From an uncultured Holophagales bacterium (GTDB taxonomy: Bacteria > Acidobacteriota > Thermoanaerobaculia > Multivoradales > UBA5704), in contig CAWJGT010000001.1 in NCBI GenBank assembly GCA_963842525.1, forward strand, positions 512,001 through 576,000: 64,000 bases of DNA. Direction: 5' to 3'. Position 1 is the first letter of the stretch; each line of letters begins with the position of its first letter. The position numbers and the translations under genes are program-made. A model generated the notes under the pieces. That model was not told the DNA's origin, ran no database searches, and saw only the letters and a list, made by a program, of their open reading frames with translations. Positions 38,634 to 49,234 of the stretch are shown one piece after another.

Positions 38634-38720
38634 GGTCGTGCTCCGGCGTTTTCCAAAGCGAGGGCCGGATCCTGACCCGATTCCCTCGCTTCCTAGAATA
38701 ACCCCATCGGACCTGAAAGT

Positions 38721-39854
38721 TTGTACAGCTTCGAAGAAAGTCGATTCGCACGCCCCCGTCGGGCGTTCCTGGTCGGCCTGATCGTGCCGGGCCGGCCGGG
38801 CCACGTCGTCGAGGAGCACCTGGACGAGCTGGCGCAGCTCGCCGAGAGCGCGGGCGCCGAGGTGGTGGGCCGCGCCATGCAGGGGCGCAGGGCTCCTGAT
38901 CCGGCCACCTACATCGGCCGCGGCAAGGCCGAGGCGATCGGTGCCACCGCCCGCGAGCTGGGTGCCGACCTGCTGGTCTTCGACGACGACCTGTCGGCGG
39001 GCCAGATCAAGAACGTGGAAGAGGTGAGCGGCCTGCCGGCGATCGACCGCAGCGGCCTGATCCTCGAGATCTTCGACCAGCGGGCCCGCAGCCGGGAGGC
39101 GCGCACGCAGGTCGAGCTCGCGCGCTGCAACTACATGCTCCCGCGCCTGACCCGGCAGTGGACCCACCTGTCGCGCCAGGGCGGTGCCAAGGGCGTGCGC
39201 GGCGGCGAGGGCGAGAAGCAGCTCGAGCAGGACCGCCGCCTGCTGCGCGCCCGCATCCGCCGACTGGAGGCGGACCTCGAGAAGATCGAGCGCACCCGCG
39301 GCGTGCAGCGGCGCGGGCGCCGCGGTGTGCCGACGGTCGCCCTGGCCGGCTACACCAACGCCGGCAAGTCGACGCTGTTCAACCGCCTGACGCACGCCGG
39401 CACCCTGGCGGAGGACCGGCTGTTCGCCACGCTGGACGCCAAGCTCCGGCGCGGCATGATTGGAGATAACGGCGATGGCAGCAACGGTGGCAACGGCGGT
39501 CATGGCGGCAACGGCAGCGCGGTCTTCTCCGACACGGTCGGCTTCATCCGCAAGCTCCCGCACCACCTCGTCTCCTCGTTCCGCAGCACGCTGGGCGAGA
39601 TCGCGGACGCCGACCTGGTGCTCCACGTGGTCGACCGCAGCCATCCGCGCTGGCGCGAGCAGTTGGAGGTCGCCGAGGCCGTGCTGGACGACCTGGGGGT
39701 GGACCGTGACCGCATCCTCCAGGTGTTCAACAAGAGCGATCTCGTCGCCTCCGGCGAGCCGCGAAACGGCGGCGTCTGGGTGTCCGCCGCGACCGGCGAG
39801 GGGATCGAGGCGCTGCGGGCCGAGATGGCGAGCCGTCTCGCCGCGCCGAATTGA
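38721..39854 (+). CDS. hflX: GTPase HflX
   Basis: LILEIFDQRARSREA, GYTNAGKST, LFATLD, DTVGFI, NKSD. Confidence 0.96.
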   Translation: MYSFEESRFARPRRAFLVGLIVPGRPGHVVEEHLDELAQLAESAGAEVVGRAMQGRRAPDPATYIGRGKAEAIGATARELGADLLVFDDDLSAGQIKNVEEVSGLPAIDRSGLILEIFDQRARSREARTQVELARCNYMLPRLTRQWTHLSRQGGAKGVRGGEGEKQLEQDRRLLRARIRRLEADLEKIERTRGVQRRGRRGVPTVALAGYTNAGKSTLFNRLTHAGTLAEDRLFATLDAKLRRGMIGDNGDGSNGGNGGHGGNGSAVFSDTVGFIRKLPHHLVSSFRSTLGEIADADLVLHVVDRSHPRWREQLEVAEAVLDDLGVDRDRILQVFNKSDLVASGEPRNGGVWVSAATGEGIEALRAEMASRLAAPN

Positions 39855-39879
39855 CACATCCGCATCGACTCGCTAGTAT
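39851..39879 (+). promoter_or_regulatory. sigma70-type promoter of tRNA-Ala
   Basis: TTGACA-17 bp-TAGTAT just upstream of the tRNA. Confidence 0.8.
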
Positions 39880-39893
39880 TCCCCGGCTCGCGT

Positions 39894-41446
<1,553 letters not shown>

Positions 41447-41485
41447 GGATCATCCTCCGCTTGACTTCCGTCTGCACGATTTATA

Positions 41486-41665
41486 TCATATTTTGGGGTC
41501 CGGAGGACGGCCGGCGGGCAGATTTTTGGCGTCGCGTTGGGCACGATAGGCCTCGATCAGCAGCCGGGCGAGACGGTAGGCCTCTTCCCGCATGATCTCG
41601 AGCTGGCGATCGTCGGCCGGCGCCTCGTCGCCCAGGATTTCGCGGCATCTCTCCAGGGACAGCAT
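41486..41665 (-). CDS. 59-aa protein directly upstream of the integrase (not in the ORF track)
   Basis: ATG immediately after the upstream TAG; MLSLERCREILGDEAPADDRQLEIMREEAYRLARLLIEAYRAQRDAKNLPAGRPPDPKI. Confidence 0.7.
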   Translation of the reverse strand: MLSLERCREILGDEAPADDRQLEIMREEAYRLARLLIEAYRAQRDAKNLPAGRPPDPKI

Positions 41666-42508
41666 CTATCCGGCGCTCCCAGGGCTCTGCGGGAGCAGGC
41701 CCAGCTCGTGGAGCCGCGTGCGGAGGCGGCGCCGGCTGATGTGGAGGTGGTGGGCTATGGTGGCGAGGCTGGGCTTCCGCCGGCCTCGCAGGCGGGCGGC
41801 CTGGAGGTGCAGGTCCCAGGCCTCTGCCAGGACGGCGTCATCGAGGGGTTTCGGGGGCTTGCCTCCCCGGCGGTGGCCTCCCCGGGCGGCCAGGGCCCGG
41901 AGGCGGGCGGGGTCGTTGACTCTGCCGGCCTGGCGGAGGGCTTTGAGGTGTTTGCGGGCGGTGGCTTCGGAGACGCCGAGCTTGCGGGCGATCTCGCGCA
42001 GGGTGAGCGGGTGGCGGCCCCTGCGGCCTTCCCACCAGTCCAGGAGCTCCTCGGCATTGACGGTGGCCGAGGGCCGGCCCCAGGTTGCCCCAGGGGTGCG
42101 CAGGCGCGCGAGCTTCGCGGCCTCGGCGCGGAGCTGGCGGTCGAGGCGGGCGGAGAGGTCGAGCCAGTCTCGCCAGCGGATGGCCCCGGCCGGGTCGGTC
42201 GTGTCGAGGTGGTCGTCTACGGCGATCAGGGCGACTCCCTGGGCGGCGAGGAGGTTGCCCAAGCCGGTGAGATGGCGCAGGGAGCGCGCCAGGTGGCCCA
42301 GGCTGGGTACGAGGATGCCTTGGATGGATCTGGCTCTCACGGCCACCAGGAGGCAGCGGTGGCCTTCTCTCGGGCCTTCGTGCCAGGGGCTTGGGTCGGT
42401 GTGCTCCGCGGCGATGGTCCAGCCTCTGCGGGCCGCGTAGGCGGCCAGGCCGGCGAGAGGGTGCTCGACGTCGTCGCCCGCGGTGCGGGCGTAGAGGGCG
42501 ACTTTCAC
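41666..42508 (-). CDS. Resolvase-like protein lacking the catalytic Ser, with C-terminal HTHs
   Basis: VALYARTA in place of YARVS; SLGHLARS in place of DRL.R; GRP motif; HTH LREIARKLGVSEATARKHL; GTG start with AGGAGG RBS. Confidence 0.75.
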   Translation of the reverse strand: MKVALYARTAGDDVEHPLAGLAAYAARRGWTIAAEHTDPSPWHEGPREGHRCLLVAVRARSIQGILVPSLGHLARSLRHLTGLGNLLAAQGVALIAVDDHLDTTDPAGAIRWRDWLDLSARLDRQLRAEAAKLARLRTPGATWGRPSATVNAEELLDWWEGRRGRHPLTLREIARKLGVSEATARKHLKALRQAGRVNDPARLRALAARGGHRRGGKPPKPLDDAVLAEAWDLHLQAARLRGRRKPSLATIAHHLHISRRRLRTRLHELGLLPQSPGSAG

Positions 42509-42909
42509 GATTTCCTCCTGCGCTTGCGGGGTCGCGTTCGATTGCGGTAGCGCGCCAGGACTCTGCGGATGGCGGCCGCGGTGAGCGGGCCTCGGCCACT
42601 CTGGAAGAGCAGCTCCGGTTGGCCCCAAAGATGTGTCTGGTTGAGCCAGAGGATCAGGTGCGCGCCGAGGTCGTCGGGCAGGGCTCTGGACCAGCGGAAG
42701 CCCTGGCGGCGGACGGAGACGACCACGCGGCGCCTGGTGGTCATGGCGATCGCCGAGGCGCGGAGGGCGGCGATCTCGGCGGAGCTCAAACCGGCCGCGG
42801 CGAGCACGAGGATGGCGCTGTCGCGCAGGCCCAGGGGACGGCCGCGGTGCATTTCGCCCGGATTCACCCGCGCAAGGAGCGCACGCGCCTGCTCGCGGTT
42901 CAGGGGCAT
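42505..42909 (-). CDS. Truncated tyrosine-recombinase-like protein
   Basis: GLRDSAILVLAAAGLSSAEIAALR resembles box I (RD.A...L...GLR..E) with Arg replaced by Ser; no HxxR or catalytic Tyr region; start and stop overlap neighbouring genes. Confidence 0.6.
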   Translation of the reverse strand: MPLNREQARALLARVNPGEMHRGRPLGLRDSAILVLAAAGLSSAEIAALRASAIAMTTRRRVVVSVRRQGFRWSRALPDDLGAHLILWLNQTHLWGQPELLFQSGRGPLTAAAIRRVLARYRNRTRPRKRRRKS

Positions 42910-44256
42910 CAGAAGGGATCCGGTCCGGCCGGGGCCGGGGTCGCTCGGTTGCGGAAGGAGGTGGTGGAGCCGGCCCAGGTCAGCTCGATGGTGCCGGTCT
43001 GCCCGTGCCGGTGCTTCGCGACGATCACCTCGGCGAGGCCTCGGAGGGTGTCGTCGTCGGGGTTGTAGACCTCGGGACGGTGGATGAAGGCGACCTGGTC
43101 GGCGGCCTGCTCGATGGCCCCGGACTCGGCCAGGTCGGCGAGCTGGGGCCGGGGATCGCTGCGGCGGGTGAGCTCTCGATTGAGTTGGGAGAGGACGAGG
43201 ACGACGACGCCCAGCTCGCCGGCGAGCTCTTCGAGGCGCTGGGTGATGTGCGCGATCTCCAGGCGCCGTTGCTCGAAGCGGGCTCCGGCATTGACGAGCT
43301 GGAGGTAGTCGACGACCAGGAGGGCCAGGTCGGGATACCGGGCTTTGAGCCACCAGGCCCTCGCCTCCAGATCGCGCAGGACGAGGCCAGGTGTGTCGTC
43401 GAGGTAGAGCGGGGCCGCCAGCATGCGCCGGGTGGCGGCGTACAGCTCCTGCCACTGGCGGCCGGAGAGGTGGCCGGCTCGCATGTAGCGGGCGGCGACA
43501 TCGGCTTCGGCGGAGCCGAGCTTCATGCCCAGCTCGTCGGAACGCATCTCCAGGGAAAAGACTCCGACCGGCTTCTGCAGGTCCACGGCGACATGGCGGG
43601 TGAGGTCGAGGGCGAGAGAGGTCTTGCCCATGCCGGGCCGTCCGGCGAGGACGTAGAGGCCGCCTTGCAGGAGGCCGGGGCCGAGGCGATCCCAGGCCGG
43701 GTAGCCGGTGGCGAGGCCCTGGAGGGTCTCGGGGCGGCCCTCCTCGATGGTGAGGAGGAGGCGGTCGAGCACCTGGCCGGCCCCCGCCCAGCGGACGCGT
43801 GCGGCGCGGCCGAGGAGGTGATCGGCGGTGTCACGGAGGCCGGCCAGGCAGCTCGGCGACGGGGCGGGCGGTGGTGGCGGTCTCGATGATGGTCTTCCGG
43901 GTGCCGGCGATGAGGTCGCGGCGGACGCTTCGTTCGCGGACGATCTCGGCGTATTCGTCGAGGCGGTCGAGGTCGGGCAGGTCGAGGTCGAGGGTGGCGA
44001 GGTAGGCCGGGCCGCCGACGTCGGCCAAAACGCCGGCCTGCTCGAGGTGGGCCTGGAGGGTGAGGAGGTCAGGGGTGGAGCCGGCGTCGGCGACGTCGAG
44101 GAGGGCCTGGTAGAGGACGCGATGGCGATCGACGTACCAGTCGCGCGGCTCCAGGCGGGCGCGCACCTGGACGATGCGCATCGGTTCCAGGAGGAGGGCG
44201 CCGAGGACGGCTCTCTCGGCTTCTTCGCTGTGGGGAAGGACGAGCTTGCGCTTCAT
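42909..44256 (-). CDS. dnaB: Replicative DNA helicase DnaB-like (one frameshift near 43848)
   Basis: N-terminal PHSEEAERAVLGALL; C-terminal GRPGMGKT, FSLEM, VDYLQL, LSQLNR, DLAESGAIEQAAD, AKHRHG. Removing one C joins the two ORFs. Confidence 0.92.
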
Positions 44257-45131
44257 GACCTTGCCTTTCTCAGGCGGACGTCGTTGCCGCCTGTGCGGAC
44301 GCGGAGCCCGGAGAGCCAGCGGGAGAGCAGGGGCGGGGGCGTGGCAGCGTTGGGGTTGCGCAGCAGCTCGGGGAGGAGCTGGCTGGTGACGACGGTGGGC
44401 AGACAGGCCTCGTCCCGGGTGCGGGTGATGAGGATCAGGCGCTCCATGTACCAGTCGGCGGCGGCGCCGGAGAGGGGCTCGTCGAGGACGAGGAGGGGGG
44501 TGGCCAGGAGGGGGCCGAGGACCTCTTCGGCGGCGGCGAAGTCGCGCTGGATGCGTCGCGCCAGCTCGGGGCCGGAGATCCAGCGTCCACGCCTTCCGGT
44601 GCGGAGGTGCTCGGCGAGCAGGACGATGGCGAGGGATGTTTTGCCGGTCCCGGTGGGTCCCCAGAGGGCGACCCACCGGGGGGTGCCGGACCAGCTCTGC
44701 AGGGCTTCGGGCCAGGGGCGCTGGAAGTGGGTGGACCAGCTTTCGCGGGTGAGGCCGCGGAAGAGCTTGGGGATGCCGGCGCCGGCTTCGGTGAGGGCGG
44801 GCACGGAGGTGTGGGCGTCGTGGCAGGTGTGACAGAGACCGTCGGTGGGGATGGCGGTGAAGGCGATCTGGGCTTCGCCGCACTTGCGGCAGACCCAGGG
44901 CCGGCCGAACGAGCCCTCTCCCCCTGGCCCCCTCTCCCGTGCGTCCGCCGGCCCTCCGCCCCGAACGGGAGAGGGGGAATGCGAACCCTCACCCCCCTGG
45001 CCCCCCTCTCCCAGCCGCACTCCCTCCTCCCGGGCGAGGGGGGAATGGGTCCTCACCCCCTGGCCCCCTCTCCCATCGCTCTCCCTTCCACCGGGAGAGG
45101 GGGGACGCAGGCCGTTGTCTTCGTGGGTCAT
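44253..45131 (-). CDS. DnaC/IstB-like ATPase (helicase loader)
   Basis: CRKC...CHTC zinc finger, GPTGTGKT, LLVLDE, TVVTSQ; lies between initiator and DnaB. Confidence 0.8.
   Translation of the reverse strand: MTHEDNGLRPPSPGGRESDGRGGQGVRTHSPLAREEGVRLGEGGQGGEGSHSPSPVRGGGPADARERGPGGEGSFGRPWVCRKCGEAQIAFTAIPTDGLCHTCHDAHTSVPALTEAGAGIPKLFRGLTRESWSTHFQRPWPEALQSWSGTPRWVALWGPTGTGKTSLAIVLLAEHLRTGRRGRWISGPELARRIQRDFAAAEEVLGPLLATPLLVLDEPLSGAAADWYMERLILITRTRDEACLPTVVTSQLLPELLRNPNAATPPPLLSRWLSGLRVRTGGNDVRLRKARS
44914..45104. repeat. Three tandem REP-like palindromic elements
   Basis: ccctc(a/t)ccccctggccccctctccc...gggagagggg at ~44914, 44986 and 45051; further copies at 45708, 46694 and 50356. Confidence 0.85.
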
Positions 45132-46036
45132 GACTCCTCCGTGGTGTTGATGATTTCGAGGGCTTGCTGCCAGCGGATTTCGTCGGCGCCGGCGGCTCGC
45201 AGGAGGTCTCGGCCGGCCCGGGCGTCGAGGGGCCGGGCCGGCTCGGGCCGGACGGCCTGCTCGATGACCACGCGGTGGATGTAGCCGAGGGGCTCTCGCT
45301 TGTTTGCCAGGCCGGCCTGGATGAGCCGGCTGAGTAGGGCGAGGAGGGACTCGATGCCTCCGGCGGTCTTCGACCAGAGGCCGATCTGGGCGGGGCTTGG
45401 ACGTGGGATGCCCGCCTCTTCGAGCAGGAGGTTGACCCGAGAGACGGCGCTCTGCGGCTCCGTCAGGGGCCGGAGACCGAAGGTCTCCTGTTTTTTTGTC
45501 TTCGCTTTTGGGGGGTAAGGGGGGATTTGGGGGTCTGGGGGAAAAGGGGGGACCGGGGGGTCCGAAAAGGTGCACTCGGCTGCGCCTTTTTGGGCGGAAA
45601 ACGTGCAGCCCACTGCGCCTTTTCCTTCGGAAAACGTGCACTCGGCTGCACCTTTTTGGGCGGCGGATTCTTCGGAAAAAGGTGCAGCCGGCTGCACGTT
45701 TTTTGGACCCTCACCCCCCTGGCCCCCCTCTCCCATCGCACTCCCTTCCACCGGGAGAAGGGGGAATGGATTGGGTGGGCCGACGAGGAGGCGGTAGGTG
45801 GAGAGCTTGCCGCGGCCGTGGTGGGAGATGACGGCGAGCTCGCCTTCCTGGACCAGCTCGTCGAGGAGCTGCTGGACGCGGCGACGGCGGAGGCGAGATC
45901 GTTTCTGCAGGGTGGCCTGGTCGATGATCCACTCGCCGCGCTGGTCGGAGTAGCTGGCGATGACCATGAGGAGCACGAGATGGGAGCCGCCTTGCTTGGC
46001 GTGCTCCAGGACCGCGGCGAGGTGCTCAAGCCCCAA
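45128..46036 (-). CDS. Phage replication initiator (N-terminal winged HTH)
   Basis: LVLLMVIASYSD...QATLQKRSRLRRRRVQQLLDELVQEG..GRGKLSTYRL; internal repeats KGAAECTFS; upstream of the DnaC-like gene. Confidence 0.75.
   Translation of the reverse strand: MGLEHLAAVLEHAKQGGSHLVLLMVIASYSDQRGEWIIDQATLQKRSRLRRRRVQQLLDELVQEGELAVISHHGRGKLSTYRLLVGPPNPFPLLPVEGSAMGEGGQGGEGPKNVQPAAPFSEESAAQKGAAECTFSEGKGAVGCTFSAQKGAAECTFSDPPVPPFPPDPQIPPYPPKAKTKKQETFGLRPLTEPQSAVSRVNLLLEEAGIPRPSPAQIGLWSKTAGGIESLLALLSRLIQAGLANKREPLGYIHRVVIEQAVRPEPARPLDARAGRDLLRAAGADEIRWQQALEIINTTEES
45564..45704. repeat. Four 33-bp iteron-like repeats (putative phage origin)
   Basis: gaaaaggtgcactcggctgcgcctttttgggcg / gaaaacgtgcagcccactgcgccttttccttcg / gaaaacgtgcactcggctgcacctttttgggcg / gaaaaaggtgcagccggctgcacgttttt; each is an inverted repeat. 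Confidence 0.75.
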
Positions 46037-46691
46037 GGGTGGCTCCCAGCTTGGACAGGGCTCCCCGCAGGACAGGACGCGGGTCGTAGGCGGCGGCTGG
46101 ATCGGCCCAGAGATGCCATTCAGTGTGGCCCTTGAGGCAGCTCACGAGGCGGCCGGCGTGGAAGGCTTCGAGCAGCTCTCGGCGGTACGCCTCATCGGCG
46201 CAGGCCGCAAAGGACGGGGCGAGCGGCGACGTGGCCCCCGGCGAGATGTCGATCGCGCCGGGGGTCGCGCTCGCCGCGACGAAGCGGATGGCGATGCCTT
46301 GGAGCGGCGCAGCAGGGGGAGGTGCCGGCGTGGTGCGTTGGGGCGAGTTGCTGGCTGGCGGGGCCAGGCGCCAGAGCCAGGAGGCGGAGGCCGGGGTGTC
46401 GTCGTCCGCGGCGAAGCGCTGGCTTTCGATGGCGAGGCCTTCTTCGCGGAGGTCGCGCAGGCGGCGGTCGCCGGCGGCTCCCCCGGCCCAGGGCTCTCGC
46501 AGGACCCAGGTGGGGACCCAGCCGGGAGGCGCGAGATGCCGGCCGACTCTCCAGCGATGGAAGCGCCTGCTGGTCTCGACAAGGAGGTTGTAGACGCGGG
46601 CGGCGGTGCCGGAGATGGAACGGCCTCCTGGCAGGGTGGCCTCGTCGGCGAGGTGCCAGCCGGGCGGGAGGGGGGCCTGGTGGTGGGTCAT
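46026..46691 (-). CDS. Hypothetical phage protein
   Basis: Part of the co-oriented early operon; GGAAGDRRLRDLREEG may be a wHTH segment. Confidence 0.6.
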   Translation of the reverse strand: MTHHQAPLPPGWHLADEATLPGGRSISGTAARVYNLLVETSRRFHRWRVGRHLAPPGWVPTWVLREPWAGGAAGDRRLRDLREEGLAIESQRFAADDDTPASASWLWRLAPPASNSPQRTTPAPPPAAPLQGIAIRFVAASATPGAIDISPGATSPLAPSFAACADEAYRRELLEAFHAGRLVSCLKGHTEWHLWADPAAAYDPRPVLRGALSKLGATLGA

Positions 46692-46695
46692 GGCC

Positions 46696-47070
46696 TCACC
46701 CCTGGCCCCCTCTCCCATCTTCCACCCGCCCTTCCCCGGGAGAGGGGGAACAAGCGCCAGCGGTGGCTCCTGCGGCGGTGGCTACGGCGGCTTCGAAGAC
46801 CTCGGCTTCGGCGAGGCGCTGCTCCCAGGTGGCTCTCCGGCGCTTGTCGAGGTCCTCGACGACCTCCATGTAGAAGGGCTGGCAGATGCGGTCCGGTGGG
46901 TAGTTCACCAGGGCGCAGTGCATGGTCTCGCTGCCGGCGAGGATGCCGAGCTGGCCCTGGTAGTGGGGGCACCAGTCCTTCGCGCAGAAGTACAGGACGC
47001 CGGAGCCTTCGACGAAGCGGGCTTCGGCGATGGCTTCGCCTTGGCGGAGGGCGAGATGGACCAGGTTCAT
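46696..47070 (-). CDS. Hypothetical phage protein (Cys-containing)
   Basis: ATGA overlap with the upstream HTH gene. Confidence 0.55.
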   Translation of the reverse strand: MNLVHLALRQGEAIAEARFVEGSGVLYFCAKDWCPHYQGQLGILAGSETMHCALVNYPPDRICQPFYMEVVEDLDKRRRATWEQRLAEAEVFEAAVATAAGATAGACSPSPGEGRVEDGRGGQG

Positions 47071-47336
47071 GAGGCGCTCTCGACTCCGACGGCTGCCTTG
47101 GCGTCAGGGTCTTGATAGTCGGGCTTGAGCTCCTCCGGCTCTACACCGAGGGCGCGTGCGAAGTCCCTTGCCTTTCTATCGGTTAAGGGCTGGAGACGGC
47201 GTTCGATCCGCGACACCTCGCCGCGGTCGGTAAATCGCCCGGCCCGGCGAACCCGGGCAACCAGCTCATCCTGAGAGACGGCCCTGAGAATCCTGGCCAG
47301 TTTGAGGGGGCTGATAGCGGTCGGCTGAAGGACCAT
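47067..47336 (-). CDS. Cro-like XRE HTH regulator
   Basis: PLKLARILRAVSQDELV...GEVSRIERR...ARALGVEPEEL; first gene of the replication operon. Confidence 0.8.
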   Translation of the reverse strand: MVLQPTAISPLKLARILRAVSQDELVARVRRAGRFTDRGEVSRIERRLQPLTDRKARDFARALGVEPEELKPDYQDPDAKAAVGVESAS

Positions 47337-47433
47337 GCGTGGTAGAATAAACAGCCGTACCTGGTATGTCAATACCATATCTAGAGGTAACCACGACTAG
47401 ATTTCCTAGTACAACATTTGGTATGCTCTCTCC
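47337..47433. promoter_or_regulatory. Divergent promoter/operator region 1
   Basis: Minus strand TTGACA(47372-47367)-17 bp-TATTCT, 7 nt before ATG. Plus strand TGgTATGCT, 6 nt before ATG. Palindromes TGGTAT-N4-ATACCA and ACTAG-N5-CTAGT. Confidence 0.7.
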
Positions 47434-47769
47434 ATGAGAGATCCAGAGGCGGAGGTGGAGGCCATCCGACAGGGGATTCGTGATCTCGCTCGACAGAACG
47501 ACCGTGGCTTCGCGTGGATCGATCGGAAGCTAGGATGGAGCGAGGCGACCACGAGCCAGATCATGCGAGGCCGCATCAAGCTCCAGGTGATGCACGTCTT
47601 TCAGATCCTCGAACTCTTTAAGGTCGAGCCTGAGGACTTCTTCGGGAATTTGTATGGCAAGCCGATAGAGACGGCGCGCCAGATGATGGCGCGCCGCCAC
47701 CTACACGCCGAGGCGCCGCAGGTCCGGCGGGACAGCCTAGGCCGCAGGAAGGAGACGTCTAAAACTTAG
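47434..47769 (+). CDS. CI-like XRE HTH regulator
   Basis: IDRKLGWSEATTSQIMRGRIKLQVMHVFQILELFKVEPEDFF; divergent from the Cro-like gene. Confidence 0.8.
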   Translation: MRDPEAEVEAIRQGIRDLARQNDRGFAWIDRKLGWSEATTSQIMRGRIKLQVMHVFQILELFKVEPEDFFGNLYGKPIETARQMMARRHLHAEAPQVRRDSLGRRKETSKT

Positions 47770-48896
47770 ACCGCGACTGCTGGAATTGGTTGCCGAGGCG
47801 CCGGCTGCAAAAAGATTTCCTTCGATGCCAGCATGAGGGTTCGCACGACCTGCCCAACGGTAGAGGGCATGACCTCGAACCGAAGACGACGTGCAACGGC
47901 GGCCTCCGGCCCGATGCCAAGAGCTTCGAATAAGGGTTGTACCGCATTGACAGCAGCGAGCACTTCAGCCAGTCGGTGCTGGCGGGCCAAGACGATTCCC
48001 AGATCGAGCCGACAAAGGGCCTCTTCATAGAAAAGGCCAGCTTTAGCATAGGCTTCGCCCGTGCGGCGAAGGAGCTGCTCGGCGGACTCATCCAGGCCCA
48101 ACGCTTCATCGATGTGAGCCACCAGCCAAAGACGATGCGCCTGCACGAGGGGTTCATGTCTAAGCTCGTCGAACAGTGGCTCTGTCGCGGAATAGACGGC
48201 CCGTGCGTGACGCGGCCGACCTTGGTCAACTAAGTTCCACGCCAACGTATGGGAGATGGAGGCAGCGAGATGAGGGTCGAGGCTAGGCTCAACCCGATTC
48301 ATTGCTTTCTCCGCAAGCCGCACGGCGCGGATGGGATTCCGATTTTTGCCAGCGACCATGGCTTCGACAATAAGGCAGCGAGTAAAGCCGTTTTCGTCGC
48401 CAGCCGCCTCATAAAACGCTCGAGCCCGCGCCAAACTGGATTGAGCCAAATGAAAGCGCCGCCAATCGCGAAACAGAGAGCCGCGTAACTCCCACAACCT
48501 CGCAGCGAGAAGTGCACTGCCTGTTCCGAGGCTCAAGGCTTCTTCTGCCACGGCAAGCGAGGCTTCGGCCTCTGGGAAGTGCGCCAGCAGCCTAAGGCTG
48601 TTTCCCCTCTCGCACCAGGCTGCTCCTCGGGCATCTTGATAATGCTGTACTGGTCTTCTGTCGCAAACTGCGTCAGCGAGGATTGTTGCAAGTTCCGCCC
48701 AATGCACCATACCGCCGATGTCTGTGAAGCGAAGCGAAAAGCTGTAATCACTAAAGCTAAGAATGTCCTCCGTAGAAACGCTCCGCGGAGGATTGGAGGC
48801 TAACAGGAAACGTCTCGAAGGAGGGTGAGCCTTGAAGCGGTCAAGCAATATAGAAGAATCACGGCGCGCGTGGAGGATCATAGGATATAATGACAT
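47766..48896 (-). CDS. TPR-repeat protein 1 (putative peptide receptor)
   Basis: Helical repeats AWCERGNSLRL..AEASL, GSLFRDWRRF, HTLAWNLVDQGR, ALCRLDLG. Start taken at ATG 48896, below TTGACA(48950)-17 bp-GAGAAT. Confidence 0.75.
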   Translation of the reverse strand: MSLYPMILHARRDSSILLDRFKAHPPSRRFLLASNPPRSVSTEDILSFSDYSFSLRFTDIGGMVHWAELATILADAVCDRRPVQHYQDARGAAWCERGNSLRLLAHFPEAEASLAVAEEALSLGTGSALLAARLWELRGSLFRDWRRFHLAQSSLARARAFYEAAGDENGFTRCLIVEAMVAGKNRNPIRAVRLAEKAMNRVEPSLDPHLAASISHTLAWNLVDQGRPRHARAVYSATEPLFDELRHEPLVQAHRLWLVAHIDEALGLDESAEQLLRRTGEAYAKAGLFYEEALCRLDLGIVLARQHRLAEVLAAVNAVQPLFEALGIGPEAAVARRLRFEVMPSTVGQVVRTLMLASKEIFLQPAPRQPIPAVAV

Positions 48897-48970
48897 TATT
48901 AATGAACGCTTGGCGGAGAACATTCTCCCCGCGCGCGCGATGAGTGTCAAGAACCTCCCTTCCCGGCCTT

Positions 48971-49234
48971 TTAGCCTCCGCACCTACCGTTAGGGTCAAG
49001 GCAACCGCCTCCTTCAGAGGTTGGCGCAACCCCATGGGGCGGAGACTTCGGATCGGGTACCACCCCGTCAGCAAGCCAGGCGGCGAGGTCGCTCCAGATG
49101 CTGGAGAACCAGCCGAGCACCGAGGCGCGGACCGCGGTTGGGGCTGCCTTTTCCTGAGCCGCGAGATGCGACGGCAGGGATGCGAGCGCGATGGCGATCG
49201 CGCTGGCCGCCATGAGTTTGCGGAACATGGTCAT
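48971..49234 (-). CDS. Small secreted peptide precursor 1 (C-terminal GGCLDPNGRCGG)
   Basis: GGAGGT RBS, signal peptide, Trp-rich amphipathic segment, Pro-rich linker. Confidence 0.75.
   Translation of the reverse strand: MTMFRKLMAASAIAIALASLPSHLAAQEKAAPTAVRASVLGWFSSIWSDLAAWLADGVVPDPKSPPHGVAPTSEGGGCLDPNGRCGG

Noticed and set aside
39463-39520. Gly/Asn-rich 9-bp repeat insertion in hflX
   Set aside because: A short in-frame low-complexity loop expansion with no sign of a mobile element or separate function.
42909-44256. Naturally split or intein-containing DnaB
   Set aside because: Removing one base gives a continuous normal-length helicase, and no intein motifs are visible.
44253-45131. 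IS21 element suggested by an IstB-like ATPase
   Set aside because: No IstA transposase or terminal inverted repeats; its position between initiator and DnaB fits a helicase loader.
45564-45704. 33-bp palindromic repeats as a CRISPR array
   Set aside because: The units are contiguous without unique spacers, lie inside a CDS, and no cas genes are present.
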